Shown: piece after piece, positions 1 through 12,314 of the stretch
How the letters are laid out: each line of letters starts with the position of its first letter
Position numbering within the stretch: the first letter of the stretch is position 1
Assembly (NCBI GenBank): GCA_030248215.1
Contig: JASANG010004131.1
Coordinates: 434,001-498,000 of the forward strand
Reading direction: 5' to 3'
DNA from: Enoplolaimus lenunculus
Taxonomy: Eukaryota
DNA: 64,000 nucleotides
The notes under the pieces: model-generated
What the model was told of the DNA's origin: nothing
Seen by the model: the letters and a program-made list of their open reading frames with translations, nothing else
The model's database searches: none
Position numbers and translations under genes: made by a program

Positions 1-1016
1 TCGTTAACCTGAGCCTAAGCTTAAACGTAAGAATGAGCTCAAGCCTAAGCCAAGCAAAAAACTAATCTAAAGCTAAGGCTTACTCTATTGCAGTCCCCAG
101 AGAAACCGTTCAGCCTCTGATCTTTACATAGGCCACAAGATGAGACCGTAGCCGATAAGGCCGCTCAACTCTGAAAAACCCGTTGCTCCCTTTGAAGTCC
201 CATGTTCGTTTTCAATGCATACGAAATTTTACCGAACGCCTCTGTTAAATTTGTCTGGTACCTCCGAAATTTTGGGCCAACTACGGATAAATCCGAATTA
301 AATCAAAATAGGTATGTTATTAACTTAAATTCATCAGCTAGTTTAAATATATTTTAGCAAATTTGATTTGTACTCAAAATCTGACGCTCAGCCGGATGTG
401 GGATCGCTCAAATCGTACTATCAAAGCTTAATCGACAAGTATATTCCTGGAGAAGTTGCGTTCTAAAAAATCAAATTAGCAACATTTTTAAAGCACAGAC
501 AACGGACTTTTCATTGTATGTCTTGCTATTTTAATTTAATTTTTGGTATTTCTGATCCGCTATTTTTTAAGTGATTGTAAGCCGAAATTACGCTATCTTT
601 ATCGACGGAAAACTATTCGGCTCAATGCGGCAGATTTGACTATTAAACTAGAGCCGATTGTATTTAGAATGACCACAATTTCATCTAATTTTTACATTAT
701 ATAATTCAAAGTAATAATTCTAACTTAATTCGTTGCATTAATTTGAAGCCAACTGTTGGACGAGGGCGACCAGACTCTCAGGTTGAAGATGTATGTCTTG
801 GCACTGCATTTTATTTAGTAGTAAAACAGTTTCAAACCTTTTTCAGCACAAACCATTTCATTTTAAGATGGCCTTTTACACAACAAAAAATCAAATGTCG
901 GTACATGACATCAACAAACAACTTTAATATCTATTAATTTGTGCTAAATGTATCTCAGAATATTTGGGTGAAATGGTTTGTTAATTAGATAAATATATAT
1001 GAAAAAAGTGATAGTA

Positions 1017-1426
1017 CGGTAGTGACCTGAATAAGAGGAGTGGTAATAAGAAGGGGTCCCCATTTTGTGTCCCAATCAATAGGAGTCCGTACTATCGTAC
1101 AGGAGGCCGTATTCCTAATAAGAGTCCGTAAGCGGACAGAGTCCCTAAACCCGAAATAGAATCCATCAATGTGAATTATCCCTAATTGTAGCACTTAAAT
1201 GACTCCAGCACCAAATACAGTTGGGTTCGAAACTTTAAAGCATACCTAAGTTTTGAAAGTACATTCCTAAGTATAACCTTGCATTATCGCTCAAGCTTTT
1301 GATAAAAGGCAAATAAACGTTTAATTCTACGGATAGTTGCAGTACAGGATATATATCAGTAACGAAGGGTGGCGGAGGGAGAGGCCAAATAAAAATCAGC
1401 CCCCACTCTTATTCGGGTCACTACAG
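1017..1426. mobile_element. Tc1/mariner/pogo-type MITE
   Basis: TA-flanked TIRs CGGTAGTGACCTGAATAAGAG / CTCTTATTCGGGTCACTACAG. A second copy is at 6855-7224 and a partial one near 50000-50115. Confidence 0.75.
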
Positions 1427-1828
1427 TAACGGTTCCCTAAAACTCTAAGGTTTAGACCTTTACGTTCAAAGTTTTTAGATTTCCAAAACTTCATATTACA
1501 AAATTATACAAATTCAATCTTGCACGTATATTCAGTTTTGTTGCTTAAAAATAAGAAACTCTACTCTTTCGAGTTTGTTCAAAGATTCGTGATAATTTAT
1601 ATAATATATTTTTACCGATCTTTTCAGCAAAAATAAATTAATCTGTAATTGAAATACTACAACCGAACGGCAAATCAACGTGATGCCCGTAAAATTGACT
1701 TGGGCATTTTCCAGTTCACCAAAACAATAACTTGATTCTGCGGCAAACATTTTGTGAACGAAACGCTTTGCTGACCTCATCCAATTTAGCGTCCAAGGTT
1801 CACCAGTAAGAAGAGCTATTGGAAACTT

Positions 1829-2036
1829 GGCCCATGTAAACATCAGGGGCCGAACGATTTTCTGTGGGACTGCAGTAGTGTAAGCTTATGCTTTAGACTA
1901 TTTTTTTTGCTTGGCTTAGGCTTACGTTCAGGCTTAGGCTTAGGAATATGCTCATCCTTATGCTTAAGCTTAGGCTTAGGCTTAGGTTTAGGAGTATGCT
2001 TATAATTCTGTCCCGCCCCAGTTGTTTACATTGGCC
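1829..2036. mobile_element. GGCC-ended MITE with internal degenerate (TTAGGC)n
   Basis: TIRs GGCCCATGTAAACA / TGTTTACATTGGCC; flanks GGAAACTT / GAAAACTA (6 of 8 match). Confidence 0.75.
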
Positions 2037-2127
2037 GAAAACTAGGTAACCCTCAAATTAAGTTATCCCTAAATCGGAAAATTTCTAAAACATGATTAAA
2101 TGTGTTCAACAGTGACAGCCAATCGTT

Positions 2128-2994
2128 TCACTCTGTCTCGTGTGACTGCTTTTTCTCATGCTTGATCCACCACTGGATCGTTTGTTTCATAGCTGTTTCT
2201 GGATCATACTTTGGCGATTTATAGTCCATGAGTAGTCTGCCTTTTGTCATTGAATAATGCATATACCAACTGCTGGCTTGTTGTACCATGGCAAACGACG
2301 GCAGATTGGTATCAATCCTCCAACTGAACCACGCTGCCGTCCATCTGAAGAATTTTTCATAAAAATACGCCACAGGGGCTGCAATTATAAATGAAAGCTT
2401 TCGTTTCGATAGCTCATAGCCAGAGCCTTCAACAACAGGGCGCACATAGTCGTAGTAGTTCCAGAGTGGTCCCTCGGCGTAAAAGAACAGTTCGCCGCCT
2501 AGTTTTTCGGGCTCTCGCCGAAGGCCTTCCAACAGGCGGACCATATAATCGGTCGCGTTGCGGACGTACGACGTTTGAAAGCACCCAGGTGTCCCTGCTA
2601 AGAGTTCAGCATCAACGTGTGGTATATACCCCCAGTCGCGGCATAGCTTCATCGTGTACGCCATCAGGCCAGTATCGGCCTCTCCGTACAAATCAGACGG
2701 CCGAATAATTATGGACCGAACTTCGCCCGAAAGGCTGTCTTCAAACGGCCGACCATTGGCCTGAACGGCAATGCGTTCGCCGGCGAATTTAGTTTCGCCA
2801 TAATTCGAAAAGAACCACTTGCCGATTTGATCCGCTTTACAGGATCCGAGCTCAGTAACACCTTGAGCGTCGTATTGGCCAACGGAGACGTAAGCGTCAG
2901 AACAATGCACTAGCCACGGGACGCCACATTTAGCCATGACATCGACCAGAACTTGAACACTGGTCAAGTTGTCGTGTTCATTTTTCGCTGGATC
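2128..2994 (-). CDS. 3-beta-HSD-like SDR, exon 3 (to stop); full protein 384 aa
   Basis: Acceptor TTTATAG at 2995-2996, in frame with ORF 2128..2967. Contains catalytic YxxxK (YGETK), IIRPSDLYGE, SYVRN, GGELFF and a C-terminal KGRLLMDYKSP...AMKQTIQWW typical of the 3bHSD/NSDHL family. Confidence 0.88.
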   Translation of the reverse strand, partial: DPAKNEHDNLTSVQVLVDVMAKCGVPWLVHCSDAYVSVGQYDAQGVTELGSCKADQIGKWFFSNYGETKFAGERIAVQANGRPFEDSLSGEVRSIIIRPSDLYGEADTGLMAYTMKLCRDWGYIPHVDAELLAGTPGCFQTSYVRNATDYMVRLLEGLRREPEKLGGELFFYAEGPLWNYYDYVRPVVEGSGYELSKRKLSFIIAAPVAYFYEKFFRWTAAWFSWRIDTNLPSFAMVQQASSWYMHYSMTKGRLLMDYKSPKYDPETAMKQTIQWWIKHEKKQSHETE

Positions 2995-3719
2995 CTATAA
3001 ACAATTAATTTTGAATAAAGGCCTTTGTCCATTTTGCGAGGAGAGTTTTTATTGTCAGAAAAGGCAAACCATACAAATTAAAATTGTACTGCAAAACTGC
3101 TACAGCCAATCACATTTAACTTCTCGCTCGGTCAACTTTCGAGATTTCTTCTACCATTATATATTGCACCCCCTCATGTGTGTACGTCCCTCTGTCTATT
3201 TTTGGATCATCTGCTGAGTGTTTGAAGAAATCCACAAAAGTTTACTAAGCATTTTATCACGGGACCTATGACTCTACTGTTACATGTGTACAGTTCCTAC
3301 ACCAGTTTGTGATGAAATCTTGTGTATACTTCAGAATTATAGTCAATGTTGCGCTTCAAAATTTGTCCAAGATATTGCGCTTAGTCTACCCCCTGCTAGT
3401 GTGCAGAATTTCAAATATGCAACTGGTTTAGGTTGTTTGTCGACCTATTACTAACCAGTAACATGTACCTGAATCGCTCAGGGAGTCGAATTTGACTCTG
3501 GCGGAATCGAATTTGACCAGTTTGTGTAGTCAGGAAAAGCCTATTTCGGAGAGAGTCAATCTGACTCACCATTGTTTGCGGTGTAGAGTCAGACTGATTT
3601 TAAATAAATTTTGACTTAAATTAAACTTTGTCGTGCGATTAAAGTATGATTATGTTCAGTTTATTACGCTTTTAGTTCAAAGACATGTCACGATTGACTG
3701 CTACTGGCATATATAGATT

Positions 3720-3863
3720 GGCCTATGTTATTTTAAAAGGCGTCCAGGTTTCGGGTGGGTCTATAAAAGAGTAGGTCTAGATTCTAGATTACATTTTTTT
3801 GCTTAGGCTTAGTCTTAGGAATGCGCTTAATCTACTGTTACGTCCCTTAAAGTAACACTGGCC
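3720..3863. mobile_element. GGCC-ended MITE, same superfamily
   Basis: GGCCTATGTTA ... TAACACTGGCC; 8-bp TSD TATAGATT/TATAGATA. Confidence 0.75.
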
Positions 3864-4778
3864 TATAGATAGATAGATAAAGATGAGATATAGAGTATGC
3901 CGACTTTACACTGCCATATCTTTTTCGATCTTGATTTACTGCCAATAGACAGCATAACTTAAACCGATGTGATATTAACTTGGTTCCAACAGTGATCCGA
4001 GTCCGTAGCGCCGCAGTTAGGATCACCATATTTCACAATAAAGTAACCCGCGATCCAAAAAATCCCACAAATAGCAAGGGACGAATTTCGAATTTATTTT
4101 TTGTGTCGTGGTGAGCAATACCACCTGTATTATTCGTTTTACTCTGAAAGTCATTTTTTTTAAAAAATTGCACCTGTTCTCAATTGTATATATAACACGT
4201 AACTGGGAACTTCGGTAATTTTCGCTATTCCGAGTGCAGGCGTACAATTGCGGGAACTGGGAGTGGCCGCACTTGCAGATAAGTTTTTCAACTTTAAGAA
4301 AATTTTTCTTGCCAGAAAATCATCTCGGTATCCTTGTAAGAATATCAACGTTGCAGGACTGTTCATGAGCTGCTTAGAATTCGACTTGCCAGAAAAGTGT
4401 AGAGAGTTTACGACATTCCGATTGATCAGTCCAAGTACCCGTTATCAGGCATATACATAAACATAAATTGGGGTTTTCAAAATTTCAAATTCTGATCACA
4501 GTTCACCTCAAGATATTTTAGCGTTGCGTGGGCTGGGAAAAGTTGTCAAACGCAAATTTTACTGCATGTTACGTTAGAAATTTGCCAATTTTCTGAGATG
4601 AAAACTGGTAAGGTAAAGGTACCATACCATTTTGTCACAGAAAATTTCCTGGCGGGATAGTGGCGTACGACCCTCCCAGCTGGAACCAGTAGTGCGTACA
4701 ATATCCGATATTCCCGAATGTTCAGTCTCACAAACGTGGTATAACAGCTCAAAACCGATTCAAATTTCATAACATTAC

Positions 4779-5035
4779 CTGATGAACATTAAATATTTCC
4801 CTTCGGCCGGCCAAATTGAACACCACAGACACGTTCGCACCGTCTGCAGTGATTACAGATTCAAGTCTCTCCCGATCAGCAACATCTCCAACAAAGTGGC
4901 GAACCGGAATAGAACCAGTCCAATCAATTAAACGCTGCTCAGGTTTTCGGTCGATCGTTCGAATTTCCTTTATCCAATCGCTGCCACATTCTTGAAGCTC
5001 TTTAAGTAGATGTTGACCAACGAATCCTGATGCTC
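4779..5035 (-). CDS. 3-beta-HSD-like SDR, exon 2 (GASGFVGQHLLKELQ...IRTIDRK...HFVGDV...VVFNLAG...VHQ)
   Basis: Acceptor TTTTAG, donor GTAATG, 257 nt, phase 1 to 0. Has GxxGxxG, an acidic residue after beta-2 (NAD type), and GD and VFNLAG motifs. Confidence 0.88.
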
Positions 5036-5286
5036 CTAAAACAATGTAAAAGTAGGCAATGAACGTTTTAGTGGCGAAAGCGATGCAAAATTAGGCAAAA
5101 AAAAAATTGTGAGTGTAACCAAAATTTCGTTTCATTAATAATCAATAGAATGATTTTGTGTGAATTATTGCAAATGAACGGAATGTAAGGGGGCGCCAAA
5201 TTAAAAGTTATTTACAGTTAACTTTTCCACCTTGTGTTGCTTAACAATTAAAATTAGCAAAAATAGCAAAAAATTTGTGTGTCATG

Positions 5287-5699
5287 CAGAGGTGTAAGCG
5301 GGGAAGGATTTTTTACACACACTGCGCTTTACCCGCGGAAAGTTCATTTTTTGACCTGCGGGTATACCCGCGCAAAATTTTTTACCCATTACCCGCTTTT
5401 ACCTGCGCACAATTTCTTTACCGTTGCCAGCTTTTGGCCGCCCTTTTGCGTTCAATACAATTGTGTAATTTTACAGTACATTTCATCTCATTCGATACTT
5501 GTTTTATCCTCGTACGGTAACAACAGTTTAAAAATCAGGTTTTTTTACGTTATCTGGTTTCAAGTTTCTTACGAAAATTTTAGGTGGGTAAAGATTAACA
5601 AATTTTTACCCGCACGTTGAAATTTTTTACCCCCTGAGATACCCACGTCAAAATTTTCTTAACCGTCCCGCGTTTACCCGAGGGTAGTGTACAGCTGTG
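5287..5699. mobile_element. hAT-like non-autonomous element with TTTACCCGC subterminal repeats
   Basis: Perfect 8-bp TSD GTGTCATG; imperfect TIRs CAGAGGTGTA / TACAGCTGTG. Confidence 0.72.
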
Positions 5700-6186
5700 G
5701 TGTCATGGTCGAGTGCTAACAAACTGTACCTAAATCTACCAGGAGTAAAGGTTTCAGTCAGGTCCGGCGTTATGATAGTCGCCCCCGAACAGGTTCGAGG
5801 GGGCCTCGACTGATACGTTTCACAGCTCTTATAACTTCGTGGTCCGTAAAAATAATGTTAGCTTCCGAAGATGGAGGCCCCCAAGAGTCGGGCTCCTCTA
5901 ATTGGGACGTTTGGGAGCGGCTTCCGCCGACAGTGGTTTTGGTTACGTCCTGGTTGATCTGTTTCGCGAGGCAATATTAAAGATAGAGTTTCGTGACAAA
6001 TTTGGGAACTAACCAATCATGTGCTTTGTTTGATCAAAATATGAAATTGCATGTAACCAATGAACGGCTTCCTTATGTTCAACATTTTTGATTTTTGCGA
6101 AAAAAAGCCGTTTTTTCGGTCGATTCAATTTTTCCGGAAAAAAATCAACTCTTTAGTGAACAATTAAATAAACTTTTGGATGATAC

Positions 6187-6217
6187 CTGTGATTAAAACG
6201 ACGTCTTTGTCAGGCAT
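6187..6217 (-). CDS. 3-beta-hydroxysteroid dehydrogenase-like extended SDR, exon 1 (MPDKDVVLIT-G)
   Basis: ATG at 6217, 10 codons + 1 nt, then donor GTATCA. Joins exon 2 to give the Rossmann motif VVLITGASGFVG. Confidence 0.8.
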
Positions 6218-6431
6218 TTGAGTTTTCAGATTACTATCAAAATATATTGGTTTGTTTGTATTGCATTGAAATAATTATTGTTAACTTTAACTACTATAAC
6301 AACATCGGGTTCAAATCTCATGGTCAACAGTGGCAGATTCAGGAATTTCCGGTGAAAAAGGACACATTTTGTGTTCCGTAAATTTTACAGTTTTAAAGTG
6401 TGTTTACAGCTAAATTTTCAATAGTTTAAAG

Positions 6432-6624
6432 GGCCAATGTTACTTTTAGGACCGTAACCGTAGATTAAGAAGCGTTTTCCTAAGCCTAAGACTAAGCCTA
6501 AGCGTTGCGAAAGCGTATTCCAAAGGCGAAGCCTAAGCCTAAGCAAAAAATGTAGTCTAGAATGTAAGCCTACTCTTTTACAGACCCACCAGAAACCGGG
6601 ACGGCCCAACAAGTAACATGGGCC
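6432..6624. mobile_element. GGCC-ended MITE with (GCCTAA)n-like core
   Basis: GGCCAATGTTACT ... AGTAACATGGGCC; TSD GTTTAAAG/GTTTAAGG. Confidence 0.78.
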
Positions 6625-6854
6625 GTTTAAGGTGTACCGATTGCGTCGAAGGCGCAAAAATTTGGCATTGGGGTTGTAATCTTGTCGTAATTATTTTAAC
6701 CAATTAATTTAGGAAACACAATTCCAGCTTCAGATGAACCATTTGCATCATAAAATTTTTAGCACGACAATGACAGTAGAGGGATTACATTTCTCATTCT
6801 TTGAATCCGCGACTGATGGTCAATGTGCCCCTCATTACGTGGTAAATTGGAGTA

Positions 6855-7224
6855 CTGTAGTGACCCGAATAAGATATGGTAATAAGAGAGCGGATCCCAT
6901 TTTTAGTGCCAATGAATAAGCGTTAGTGTTCCTAATTGTAGTGTATAAAAAACTCAAGACCCAAATAAAGGTGAGTTTGAAACTTTAAAGCATGCTTAAG
7001 TTTTGAAAGTACAATTACTACTAAGTATAACCTTGCATTATCGCGCACGCGACAAATAAACGTTTAATTCAACGGATAATTGCAGTACTGGATATATATC
7101 ACAGTGACTAAGTGTGGCGGAGCGTGAGTTAAAAATAAATAACAGTCCGTAATCGAATAACATGGGGTACCCTCTGGAGAGGCCGAATAAATATCAGTCC
7201 CCTGTCTTATTCAGGTAACTACTG
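6855..7224. mobile_element. Tc1/mariner/pogo-type MITE, copy 2
   Basis: TA-flanked CTGTAGTGACCCGAATAAGA ... TCTTATTCAGGTAACTACTG; interior homologous to 1017-1426. Confidence 0.75.
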
Positions 7225-7770
7225 TACTTGAAGGGAGATTTTAACTGAGATTGCAGTGGAGGACTAGTGCCTTGGTTAATTTTCTAATTATATTTTGTTT
7301 CCGGTTCTATCCCTGAGAAGTTTGGCATACTAAAACCGTTTCGAACCTTTTAAATGAATCACAGTTTTACTGAAAGCTGCTAAAATGCGAAACTTAGGTT
7401 TAGATTATCTTGTTCAAGGCAAAAGTGAACAAACGCCTCTGGGCTCTGGGCATCAAAGCGAAATTTTTCCAGGGTTTTCAACAAATCTATATAATTAAAG
7501 CTGGAATACCCTGCATAAGTATTTGGGCATCGTTGCAGTACAAGTAAGCATTGTTTTTAACAATATATAACAGATCGCGCTACAAAATAATTTGTTCGTA
7601 TAAATTATTGGTCAATTTATTGATAGTCTTTATGATATAATAGGTATATACTTTGTGAAAACGTGTGAAACTCCAACGCTTAAAGAATAGTTGCATATGG
7701 GTGTAAAACTATGGCGACTAGTCAACCTTAATTCTAAAAATGGTTGCGATTGGGAAGCAGTTGTATTCCA

Positions 7771-7885
7771 CAGAGTTGTTTTTTCGGAAAAAATTATGAC
7801 CATAATAAATAAGTTTTTTCCATTTTTTCGGAAAAAATGAAAAAAAAAACATTTTTTCCGGTACTTTTTTTGGCCACCAACTCTG
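7771..7885. mobile_element. minimal hAT-like element (CAGRGTTG family)
   Basis: CAGAGTTG ... CAACTCTG; TSD GTATTCCA/GTATTTCA. Confidence 0.7.
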
Positions 7886-8108
7886 GTATTTCATCACCGG
7901 TGTGAAAGGCAGCGGCTCTGAGAGAAATGGTATATTCACATGTATCAAAATTACGGCCCATATTTTAGGATTTTGAGTTCCAATTTGAGACCCTATGGCT
8001 GTAGCTGAATTAACCTATTTGAATTGTCCGCTATTGATTCTTAAAGAAATTCTGCCGCTGACTAATATTTATAAAGTTGAACGCGAATAATTGCGTTATC
8101 GCTGATAT

Positions 8109-8836
8109 GGCCCATGTTACTTTCAGGGGCGTCCCATTTTCTCGCGGAACAGCAATAGTGCCGGAGAGCGACATTTGCTATTCGTGTTTGTGCATACTCG
8201 AGGATTATTTTTATTATTATTGTTATTATTATTATTATTAAACTTTGTTGTTGCTGTTGTTGTCGTCGTCGTTGTTGTTGTTGTTGTTGTCGTTGTCGTT
8301 GTTGTTGTTGTTGTTCTTCTTCTTCTTCTTCTTCCTTCTTCTTCTTGTTATTTGTGGTTTGGCAAGCAAGATCGCTTAGTACTAAGGGTGCAGGTGACAG
8401 CAGCCCCCCTGATAAAAAATCTATCCAACAGTAAATATTGATTTCCCGTTTTGTGTTCCAACGTATAGTTCCTTCCTTTTCTCGTTTTCTCAACCAAAAC
8501 ATATTGCTGTCCTGTATTCCCAAAACATTTTGCTGTCCTTTTTTCCAATTGCACTTCAAAAATATCGCTGTCCCACTTGGAACATTTGCCGCATTTCCAT
8601 TTTTGCCAGAAACAAGCCTGTCCCATTTCCCCCCGCTTTCCCAGCGAACATTTGCAGCTGTCCCATTTTCCCCGCAAAAATTTGCAGCTGTCCCATTTTC
8701 TCATTTGTCCGAAACCAACCTGGTCCATTTTCCCATCTGCCCGCGTAATGCTATCGGCAGGAGTATATTATGAATTACACATCTGCGTCTCGCTGTCCCG
8801 CGGGAAAACGGGACGCGCCTAAAAGTTACGTTGGCC
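8109..8836. mobile_element. longer GGCC-ended element with an internal microsatellite and TGTCCCATTT subrepeats
   Basis: GGCCCATGTTACTTTCAGGGGCGTCCC ... GGGACGCGCCTAAAAGTTACGTTGGCC; flanks GCTGATAT/GCTTATCT. Confidence 0.65.
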
Positions 8837-9930
8837 GCTTATCTGCCAAACCATGTTGTAATACACGGAAAGAAAGAAAAAAACTAAAAGACATTTTCTT
8901 AGTAAAATAAACACGCGTTTACGTGGATGTTTAAAACGCAAACTTAACTTTGAAAGTAAAATAATATGTCGGTCATAGCAATCTGCAAATATTACTCCAC
9001 GTTTGTTTACTCAAATACATTCGAACTGCAAAAATATACAAGTTACGTATTTTCATTTTGCTGAATGCTGAGCAACCCCCCACGCGCATGTTGCTCCGAA
9101 GACGCGTTGAACTCGAGACAGAGGGAACGCAGAAGCTCACCCATCTTCACCTCAACCCGAATTAATTTGTTGTTACGGTCGTTGCGTTTCTGAATCATTG
9201 TGAACCGAGTGTCAGATTTGTCCTGAGACACTAAAGTCAATTTTTTTGATGTCTGCCCTCTCTAATTTATCAATATGCAGTTCGTGGACGTCGTTCGTTG
9301 ATGTAAAATATTTGTACGCAAAAATTTTCATTTCTATTCGATTGAATCTGTAGATGCATGTTGTGCTGAGTTTTGCACAATACGTTGTTTTGTGCAATTT
9401 TACTGAAACATATAATAAATTCAAAATCACAGCAGTGAATATAGACAATTTTGGACGGGCATCGTCTACTCTAGGACAAAAGTCTTGCGACAAGCAAACT
9501 GCACATTTTAAACCAATCCTTACTAACGGGATTTTGAAGCTGTTGTAGATGTGTAGACGCATGCTGTTATGCGTTGTTTTGCCACAATACGTCGTTTTCT
9601 ACAATTTTAATGAAATATTAATTCGAAATCAGCGGTGTTTATAGACAATTTTGACGGGTGTTGGTCCTGTTTATAACAGGACAAAAGCTTGCGAATATTG
9701 CGGGCGATAAGCAAACTGGAATTTTGAACCAAATGTTTACATTTTGGTTGGCATACATGTGGGAAGACCTATGGCCTGAGTGTTTACTTTTGTATCCGCC
9801 AATGTCCAAAATACACGACCAGGGCTCGTTTATTTGCTGTACAATTTGAATGAGCCATGAATGAAAATGGTTTTCCGGACAAAAACGGAAAATTGTCAAA
9901 TCGCAGTATCGTCCCACATTTTGTCTTTAA

Positions 9931-10181
9931 CCCTTTCTCACATGAATATTTTCTATTTCCCCTGAGACCTACTTTTATGCTAGGATTCGAGCTCCAGTGA
10001 CTGGAGTGGGAAGCGTATACCATCATCACTCAGCTATAGGAGCTTTACGCTCGAGCCCGAGGGGGCTCTCACGTCTTAGTACTATGTACACGTGTTGCAA
10101 TTGTTAAACACTATGCGATATATATTTACCGTATATACACTGCGCTGTAGTTGCCTATAGGCAACTCAATGTGAGAAGGGG
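9931..10181. mobile_element. piggyBac-like MITE
   Basis: TTAA|CCCTTTCTCACAT ... ATGTGAGAAGGGG|TTAA. A related internal fragment is inverted at about 16680-16730. Confidence 0.7.
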
Positions 10182-11274
10182 TTAATATACATGAAAGATT
10201 GTGGCGGGGGGATTTTCCATTGTGGGGGGAAACTAGAAAAGTGCCTGAATTTTATAGGTTTTTAATTTTCAACTTTTCATGTGTTCCAAACAAAACCTAT
10301 GGTTCAGGTTTTCCCTACCAGCCCAGGGAAAATCATAGGCGTTTAAAACTTACCTTTTTTCCGTTTTCCAAACAAAATGTACTTTCAGACTTTCCTTACC
10401 TAACCAGAGAAAACCTATACGTTTTAAATTTTTCACTTTTCCAGTTTTCCGGCCAATGCATAGAACAAGGGCTTCCAGTTTTCTAAACAAATCCTATGCT
10501 TTGGGTTTTTCCTACCAACCTAGAAATGATATAAGTGTTTAAATTTTCCACTTTTCCCGTTTTCCAAACAAACTTTACACTACAGATTTTCCCTACCGAA
10601 CCAGAATATATTCAGGCTTATGAATTTTTCACTTTTCCAGTTTTCCAACGCAAACTTTATTCTTGTGATTTTTCCTACCAAAGGCTACGCTGCAGACTTG
10701 GTCATGTGTTTTCCGCCCGGAAAACTGGAACCCCTGTTTTATACATGGGCCGAAATTGGGATATTGGGAAATTAGGATTCTGCAGGAAAATGGTGATTTC
10801 GGGTGCAACCTTTTTCGCACGGGATTTTGGGAAATTGGGATATTACCCGCGAAATTGCGATTCTGCCAACGCCGGGAAATTGTGATTTTCGGCGCAACCA
10901 TTTTCGCTCGGGATTTATTGTTAGAAACCAGAGGCACAGAAGCAATTTGATTACAACAGACGGACACATTTTTGAATGTGGAATGTATAAAATAGTGCAC
11001 GAAACCTAACGAGCCAGGACAATGAAGCAACCTTGTTCTATGTAGGGCCGGAGCAGTCACCCATGCCCCAATTTGGGGGCCTTACCCCTAAAGGGGTACC
11101 ACCTTAACCGGTTGAAACAAAAAACGCTCAGTTCTATGCCACAGACACTGTGTTTTGTTCATATATATATACTTTAACAAATTTCACATTTTTGTAGTTC
11201 ACATGTATTAGTTTTTTAGATTAGGTTTTTTATATTTAAAAATCAATGTTCCCACTAGGATTCAACTCATTGGG

Positions 11275-11712
11275 CACATATTTCGGGCGAAGGTACGGAA
11301 TCTGACCCACCTAGGATTTTGATAAAAAGTGGTTCATCCTATAGATATTGACAAGCTGAATTTAATGGTACCATTTTTATGGCTGCATAACCAACGGTTC
11401 CGAAGTTATGGCCCTCAAAATTATATGTAGTGCAAACACGCACAAATTGGAGCAGAGCGTATCTATATCTAACATGTTCGTAAAATATAAGCTTAACCAG
11501 GTTTATTCCTTACACAAATTCGAGTATTGTTAATAGTACATGTTTTATATGACAAAAAGCTAATATTTAAAGGGCCATAGCGGTTGAACCGGGCACCCTG
11601 CAGAGCTAAAAATGGCACCGTTGAACTCAGCGCGTCGAAATATATAAAATTAACTATGTTTTATTAAATTCCTAGGGGGGGTCAATATTCCGTATCTCTG
11701 CCTACGTTTCGT
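11275..11712. repeat. diverged foldback / long inverted repeat (MITE-like)
   Basis: Arms of about 140 bp are imperfect reverse complements, e.g. TACGGAATCTGACCCACCTAGGA vs TCCTAGGGGGGGTCAATATTCCGTA. Confidence 0.6.
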
Positions 11713-12095
11713 GCTCTTTTGTGTAGTGTACGCGAAAAATTACCTTTGACAAAGGTGGTCCGGAAGGTCCGTAGCCACGGGGGCATAAGAGCTCAGCTCT
11801 CCTGGAAAAATTTTGGGGCCCATAGGAAATTTTCAACCTTGCTGGCCAACGAAAATCCTAGTATGCTCCTCCTGAGAAATTTTTATCCGCCCCTACCAAG
11901 GTGAGCTGGCTACGGTTCTGTGTATGGACCTCCGCAACCATGCCGCCAGTAAAACTGCAGAATTATCGATTTACACAGCAACAACACAGCAAAAATAGTG
12001 ATTAAAACGTGGGAAACTATATATACTCATTCGCGAGGTTTGGTTCTTCGTGATATGCATTTTACAATTAACTACCCCTTACTACGATTGCCTTG

Positions 12096-12314
12096 GGCCC
12101 ATGTATACAACAGGGCCGTAACACTAGTAAGCATATTCCTAAGCTTAAACCTAAGCGTAAACATAAGTCTGTTGCCAAGCCTAAGCCTAAACCTAAGCGT
12201 AATGATGAGGCGATTTCTAAGCCTAAGCCTAAACAAAAAAGTTAGTCTAAAGCTTAAACGAACCCTACTACGACCCCGCCGGAAACCAATCCGGTCCTGT
12301 ACTACACATGGGCC
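12096..12314. mobile_element. GGCC-ended MITE with (GCCTAA)n-like core
   Basis: GGCCCATGTA ... CACATGGGCC ends; core homologous to the other copies; TSD not evident. Confidence 0.65.

Noticed and set aside
5730..5960. GC-richer stretch in SDR intron 1 as an extra exon
   Set aside because: Every frame that could join exon 2 hits a stop, and there is no need for it in the protein.
8062..8822. Poly-Q/E/V/L ORFs and neighbouring ORFs
   Set aside because: Microsatellite and subrepeats inside a transposon-like element.
9043..9240. ORF considered as the last dystrophin exon or the first SDR exon (donor-like GTGAGC near 9140)
   Set aside because: Dystrophin already ends with a conserved tail at 13060, and exon 6187-6217 gives a much better Rossmann motif. 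No recognisable homology.
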